In this document: piece after piece, positions 59,475 through 64,000 of the stretch | Position numbering within the stretch: the first letter of the stretch is position 1 | How the letters are laid out: each line of letters begins with the position of its first letter | DNA from: Hormiphora californensis | Taxonomy: Eukaryota; Animalia; Ctenophora | Assembly: GCA_020137815.1 (NCBI GenBank) | Contig: CM035356.1 | Span: 4,712,001 to 4,776,000, forward strand | Reading direction: 5' to 3' | DNA: 64,000 nucleotides | Notes under the pieces: model-generated | The model's input: the letters and a program-made list of their open reading frames with translations, nothing else | Told to the model about the DNA's origin: nothing | The model's database searches: none | Made by a program: the position numbers and the translations under genes

Positions 59475-60171
59475 GATCAGATCCTGGTGTCAATCCTCTC
59501 CTTAATTATATCCTTAATTATCTCCTTAATTATCTCCTCTACATAACATCAGTACTATACATACAGGGAGGGGGATTGGTTAAACGTTATAGGTAAGTAT
59601 ATTACAAGGTGAATTAAAGAAAATTCAATTTTACAACAATTCAACAAATAGTGGAGAACAACAAATAAATTTTATCTAATAGAATCATGCACAAATATTA
59701 ACAAATAAATTGGTCAAATAAATTGGTCAAATAAAGATTAAAGTGAAATGAACAAAGTACAATAATTTTGAAATCTGTGTTTCTTAACTAACTTGCTATT
59801 TACATATTCGGCTATGCAAAATACAGTTGTATTACTTCGTTGCTATCCAGAGCACACAATAATTAGAATTTATTCAATCCCTGATATGATCTATGGGAAC
59901 GTTACACAATTTTGACATACAGTTTCTCTCGGATTATAGGGTCCTGTCTAAGAGCGGTATTTAAGCACGGAATATAATAAGTATTGTTATGTTCTAACCC
60001 TCCTTTACATTTGTAAACACAGTCTAGCTAGGCAAAATAAGTAAATACAGTCACAAACTGATTTATTTGCACCACCTCGAATTACTTGGTTGACGAGCGA
60101 AACACATGATGCCCATATATGGTTTTGTATGTCACGTGCTGCCCATATATGGTGTCACACGTGGTAGACCT

Positions 60172-61047
60172 CTACTTCTTTGGTTTTTGGTTGATAAACT
60201 TGAGGAATGTGAAACAGAGGATAAGAAAAAGGAGGATAATACAGGTTAGAGCAGTGAAACATTCCCATAGTTCCTCTCCATCTAGGTCGTAACTCTTCAA
60301 TGCCACTGTGCCTGTACAATTAATAAGTTAATTAATTAATTAATTAATTAGGTAAATCATAATTAATTAACAGTATGAAGGTTTCATCAAGTGAGAAGTG
60401 AGGATTGTATATTGTGTACTTTGAAGTGTGTGTGTACTGTGTGTGTGTGTACTTTGAAGTGTGTACTGTGTGTAAAAAGTAAACAGAGTGAGAACTTGGC
60501 AGCACATGATTTGTGTGTGTGATGCAGCACACACTACACAGTACACACAGGTATTTGTCGACACAATCGATCCTCTGTAGCAAGAATGTTTTCTAGCTGC
60601 ACTAGTCACACGAATATACTTGGATTTATTATAGGCAACTTGGTTACCCCTGTCGGCTCTCTGAGGCAAAACCAAACCCTGAACCCACCCTCCAATACAC
60701 ACACTTCCCACACACGCGTGTGTGTGAGTGGAAGGGTGCACACACACACACTTAACACTTCACACACACACACTTCACACACACACTTCACACTTAACAC
60801 TTAACACTTCACACACACACTTCACATACCATTTGCAATGGGACATTCTCCGTAGAGTGCCCTAACAGTTGTATTACAGGTGAAGTCAAGTCCAGTGAAC
60901 TCGATCTGGTTCAGCGCTTGGAAGCTCCACTTCAAGTAGGACGTCCATTTGAGCCATCGGACGCCAATCCAGAGGGACTCGAGGTTTATTATGAATCCTG
61001 GAGAGAGGGGGTGAGAGAGAGAGAGAGAGAGATAGAGAGATAGAGAT

Positions 61048-61105
<58 letters not shown>

Positions 61106-63275
61106 GGAAAATGTTCATTCAGGAATGACTAGAATGATATGTGGGTAGGTTCAGACCAAAAGATTGTGGTCAAAAGATTGTGGTCAAAAGGAGAGATCTA
61201 TTATAAGTCGGCAAACGTAACAGAAAGGAGGAACAAGGAGGAACAGAACGAACCAAAACGCCAATAAATATAGACACATGTACATAGAAGAAAGGTGGGT
61301 TGTTACTATTTTAGACGATAGGGAAACCTGTAAAGCGCAAACGAAGTTATAAAAAACCATGTTGGATTCCACACAGTGATAGACTCCCAAGTTTCCAAAC
61401 CCATGTTGTGGTCGGTTTGTATGTCGTATTTATTTAATTTGTCAATTTCTGTCTGCCTACTAACAACCATCATATAGTAGCTGAAGGGAGTCAATGTTGT
61501 ATTGTAGCTGAGGAGGGGTCAATGTTGTATTTCTGTCTATTAGCACATGACTTTGTTCTTAACCCCTCCAACTCACCTGAGCTAAGGAGGAACACGGTGA
61601 AAAGTAGGTTGGCCACACACCCCCTCCACCCCACCCTCTCCCCTCCACCCCCTCCCTCCAACTCACCTGAGCTAAGGAGGAACACGGTGAAAAGTAGGTT
61701 GGCCACAAAGGCAGCCACTTGAAAGTTAGTAACTGCAGCGGATATAGCCATTGCCATACACCTGCTACTATATACCGCCAGATAGGTGAACAGACAGTTA
61801 GCCAGGAACTTTTCTGCCTGTGGGGAGAGTAAACAACCAATCAAAACTCGTTATTTAGTGTACGATTGTTCTGAACCGTCCGGTGGGAGTAGGAGCAGTC
61901 CAATACGATTGCTCAACTATTCCACTAACTGATCAACTATACCACTAACACATACCGTGGGCTGAAGACCAGCGAGCCAATACATGGGCACGGTATACAG
62001 AACGAGGAATGCAGTGTGAAATGGAAGGGTAGAGAGGACTTTTGAGAAAAAGTAGGGGCCAGTTGTGTATAGACCATCCTCCATCTCTCTAGAAAAAAGG
62101 GGTTGTTATGTTCTAACCCTCCTTTACAGTAGTCTAGCTAGGCAAAAAAGGGGGTTAAAAGTTGCCCCTCACAAGTCACATTGCTTGAGAGTGGCAACAT
62201 GAGGAGACAGCACTAGATTGCACTAGATTACTCCGAGTACAAACCTGTAGAAAATACTCCGTTCAGCGTTAAACTTTGCAATGGTATCCAGGATAACAAT
62301 GAAGGGGTAGAGGCCGCCCATGATAAAAAATAGTCCCTGGAAGGGGAGATAATGTGATTGGAGATAATGTCATTATCATTATCATAAAGATTGAAGATAT
62401 ATAGCCGAACCTATAACCGCACTCCTCTGGAGAAGGGTTACATCGACCTCCGATATATATAATTGAGGTTTGAATGTTGTGATCAGATGGCCACATTGAG
62501 GTTTGACTGAACTATGATCAGATGACCACATTGAGGTTTGACTGTATTAATGATGACGTCAGATTGAAAATACAGAATATAAAACCTACCACCCGAACAA
62601 GATGACCAGATTGAAAATACAGAATATATAAAACATACCACCCGATCCCTAACGGATATCTGGTCGTATCCGAGGTTTATAAAGATACATCCTATCATGA
62701 TACTCATGAAGAGCGCCTCAATCGCTTGGATTAACATGGAGCTGTACCCTGTCGAGGAAATGATGTGAGAGGGAGGGGGCGTGGAGCAAAATATAGTTTG
62801 ATTTAGAATACAACCCTAGTAAACACGCGCACGCTGTTTGTTGCATAAACGACGCCGTTCTACTCCGTTAACGGTGAGGAACGGCGTCGTTTATGCAAGA
62901 AACAGCCGCGCACATACAAAACGGCGCCGTTAACGGCGTTGTTTCTGCAACTTATTCTTAGCGCACAATCGGAATTGCAGAAACAACGCCGTTAACGGCG
63001 CCGTTCTTTATGTGTGCGGCTGTTTCTTGCATAAACGACGCCGTTCCTCACCGTTAACGGAGTAGAACGGCGTCGTTTATGCAACAAACAGCGTGCGTGT
63101 GTTTACTAGGGAATATGAATAATAAAATCGGTCCCCGTGTCCGACTGTACCTTTCAGTTCGTTTTTAAAAGCTCTCCTGATCAGTATACGAAACTGTCGA
63201 ACTACACTTTGGGGCTGAGAGAGAGGGGCAGGGTGGGTGAAGGTGATTCCCAGTCCCGAATCTGCATCTGTTACA
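60172..63275 (-). CDS. ABCG8: ABCG half-transporter, ABCG8-like, TM-domain exons 63275-63151, 62748-62639, 62336-62245, 62088-61956, 61817-61667, 60997-60830, 60311-60172; 5' part beyond window
   Basis: QFRILIRR...[12 protein letters not shown]...[11 protein letters not shown]...[23 protein letters not shown]...[10 protein letters not shown]...KFINQKPKK*, closely paralleling ABCG8; all exon phases compatible. Confidence 0.85.
62814..63111. mobile_element. 298-bp foldback MITE, CCC...GGG termini, 2-bp (aa) TSD (EnSpm/CACTA-like), with hairpins inside each arm
   Basis: aa|ccctagtaaacac...gtgtttactaggg|aa; ~135-bp arms. Confidence 0.72.
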
Positions 63276-63293
63276 CTGAAAGAGTTCAGGATG

Positions 63294-63365
<72 letters not shown>

Positions 63366-63462
63366 TAGATAGATAGAAAAGAAACATTAATATTGAAAAG
63401 TCCACGTGACTGAACTAAACTGTCATTGGCAATATTGACTGCTTTTCAATATAACTTCTACT

Positions 63463-64000
63463 ATGATTTTACTGTGTGTTTTGCTTCTACCACTAACACA
63501 AGGTCAATTTTCAAATAATGTAATCAATAATCCTGAAACTATGTACATACATACTTATATAATTAAGTATTATTATTATTAGTTTTGAGATCTCCTAGAA
63601 GGACTTTGTTTAAAATGTATTTAATACCCTTTGTTTACAGGTGATATTGTTACTAATGAGGATTTTCTACTGACCCCGGCCATTGATAATGGAACCCTGG
63701 AAGTCAGTAATGAAGTGCACTTGTTTGGGGATGCGAGCTATGTAGGGATGAACATACTAGTAACTCTGGAGAACGGTACTGTAGGGATGGTGTGTGGTAA
63801 AAGCTGGCATGTTTCCAGACTATCGGAACTCACTGAGTCCCTGAAGGAGAGGCTATGTGATTCATATGGGTTCTCAATTTACACCAACTACAGTGGTAAT
63901 GGAGCAACGTATGAGGAGCAAAGTTATGTCGTACTAAACTGCCAGGAGATAATAAGTACGTCTACCACGGCGTGTCTTGATGTTCACGCGAGTCATGGCT
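63463..64000 (+). CDS. 5' part of a secreted/membrane protein with an SRCR-like domain, nested antisense in an ABCG8 intron; exons 63463-63502, 63641->64000
   Basis: MILLCVLLLPLTQG signal, phase-1 GT-AG intron, open frame to window end with GMVCGKSW...LCDSYGF. Confidence 0.65.

Overview
Eukaryotic (animal) genomic DNA, intron- and microsatellite-rich; gene content and style suggest a ctenophore or another non-bilaterian (inference). Hand-spliced gene models: 3' end of PCIF1/CAPAM (+, 4.0-5.2 kb); a secreted Cys-rich/TTPEP mucin-like gene (-, 7.7-8.9 kb); then three closely spaced minus-strand genes, ABCG8-like (>63.3-60.2 kb), VAC14 (59.5-36.9 kb) and VPS37A-like (36.4-13.2 kb). Each of the three carries nested genes in its introns: two rhodopsin-type GPCRs in VPS37A, a multi-exon LDLa-GPCR plus a solo LINE-ORF1 element in VAC14, and a secreted SRCR-like gene in ABCG8. 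The most striking pattern is repeated tandem duplication of exon-intron junctions. A 36-bp unit containing a perfect donor is repeated ~50x, a 46-bp unit containing an acceptor (AG|GT) is repeated 21x, and at least six more single duplications of splice junctions occur in four genes. Also notable are an out-of-order copy of a GPCR exon that differs only by 9 synonymous changes, a 43-73 bp mobile element with 8-bp TSDs and almost no TIR, and many nested MITE/foldback families. Several stretches (about 4.2-5.0, 22.6-23.4, 33.6-35.2 and 53.4-55.0 kb) look like unpolished low-quality consensus, and the single-base frameshifts in conserved genes are probably sequencing errors.
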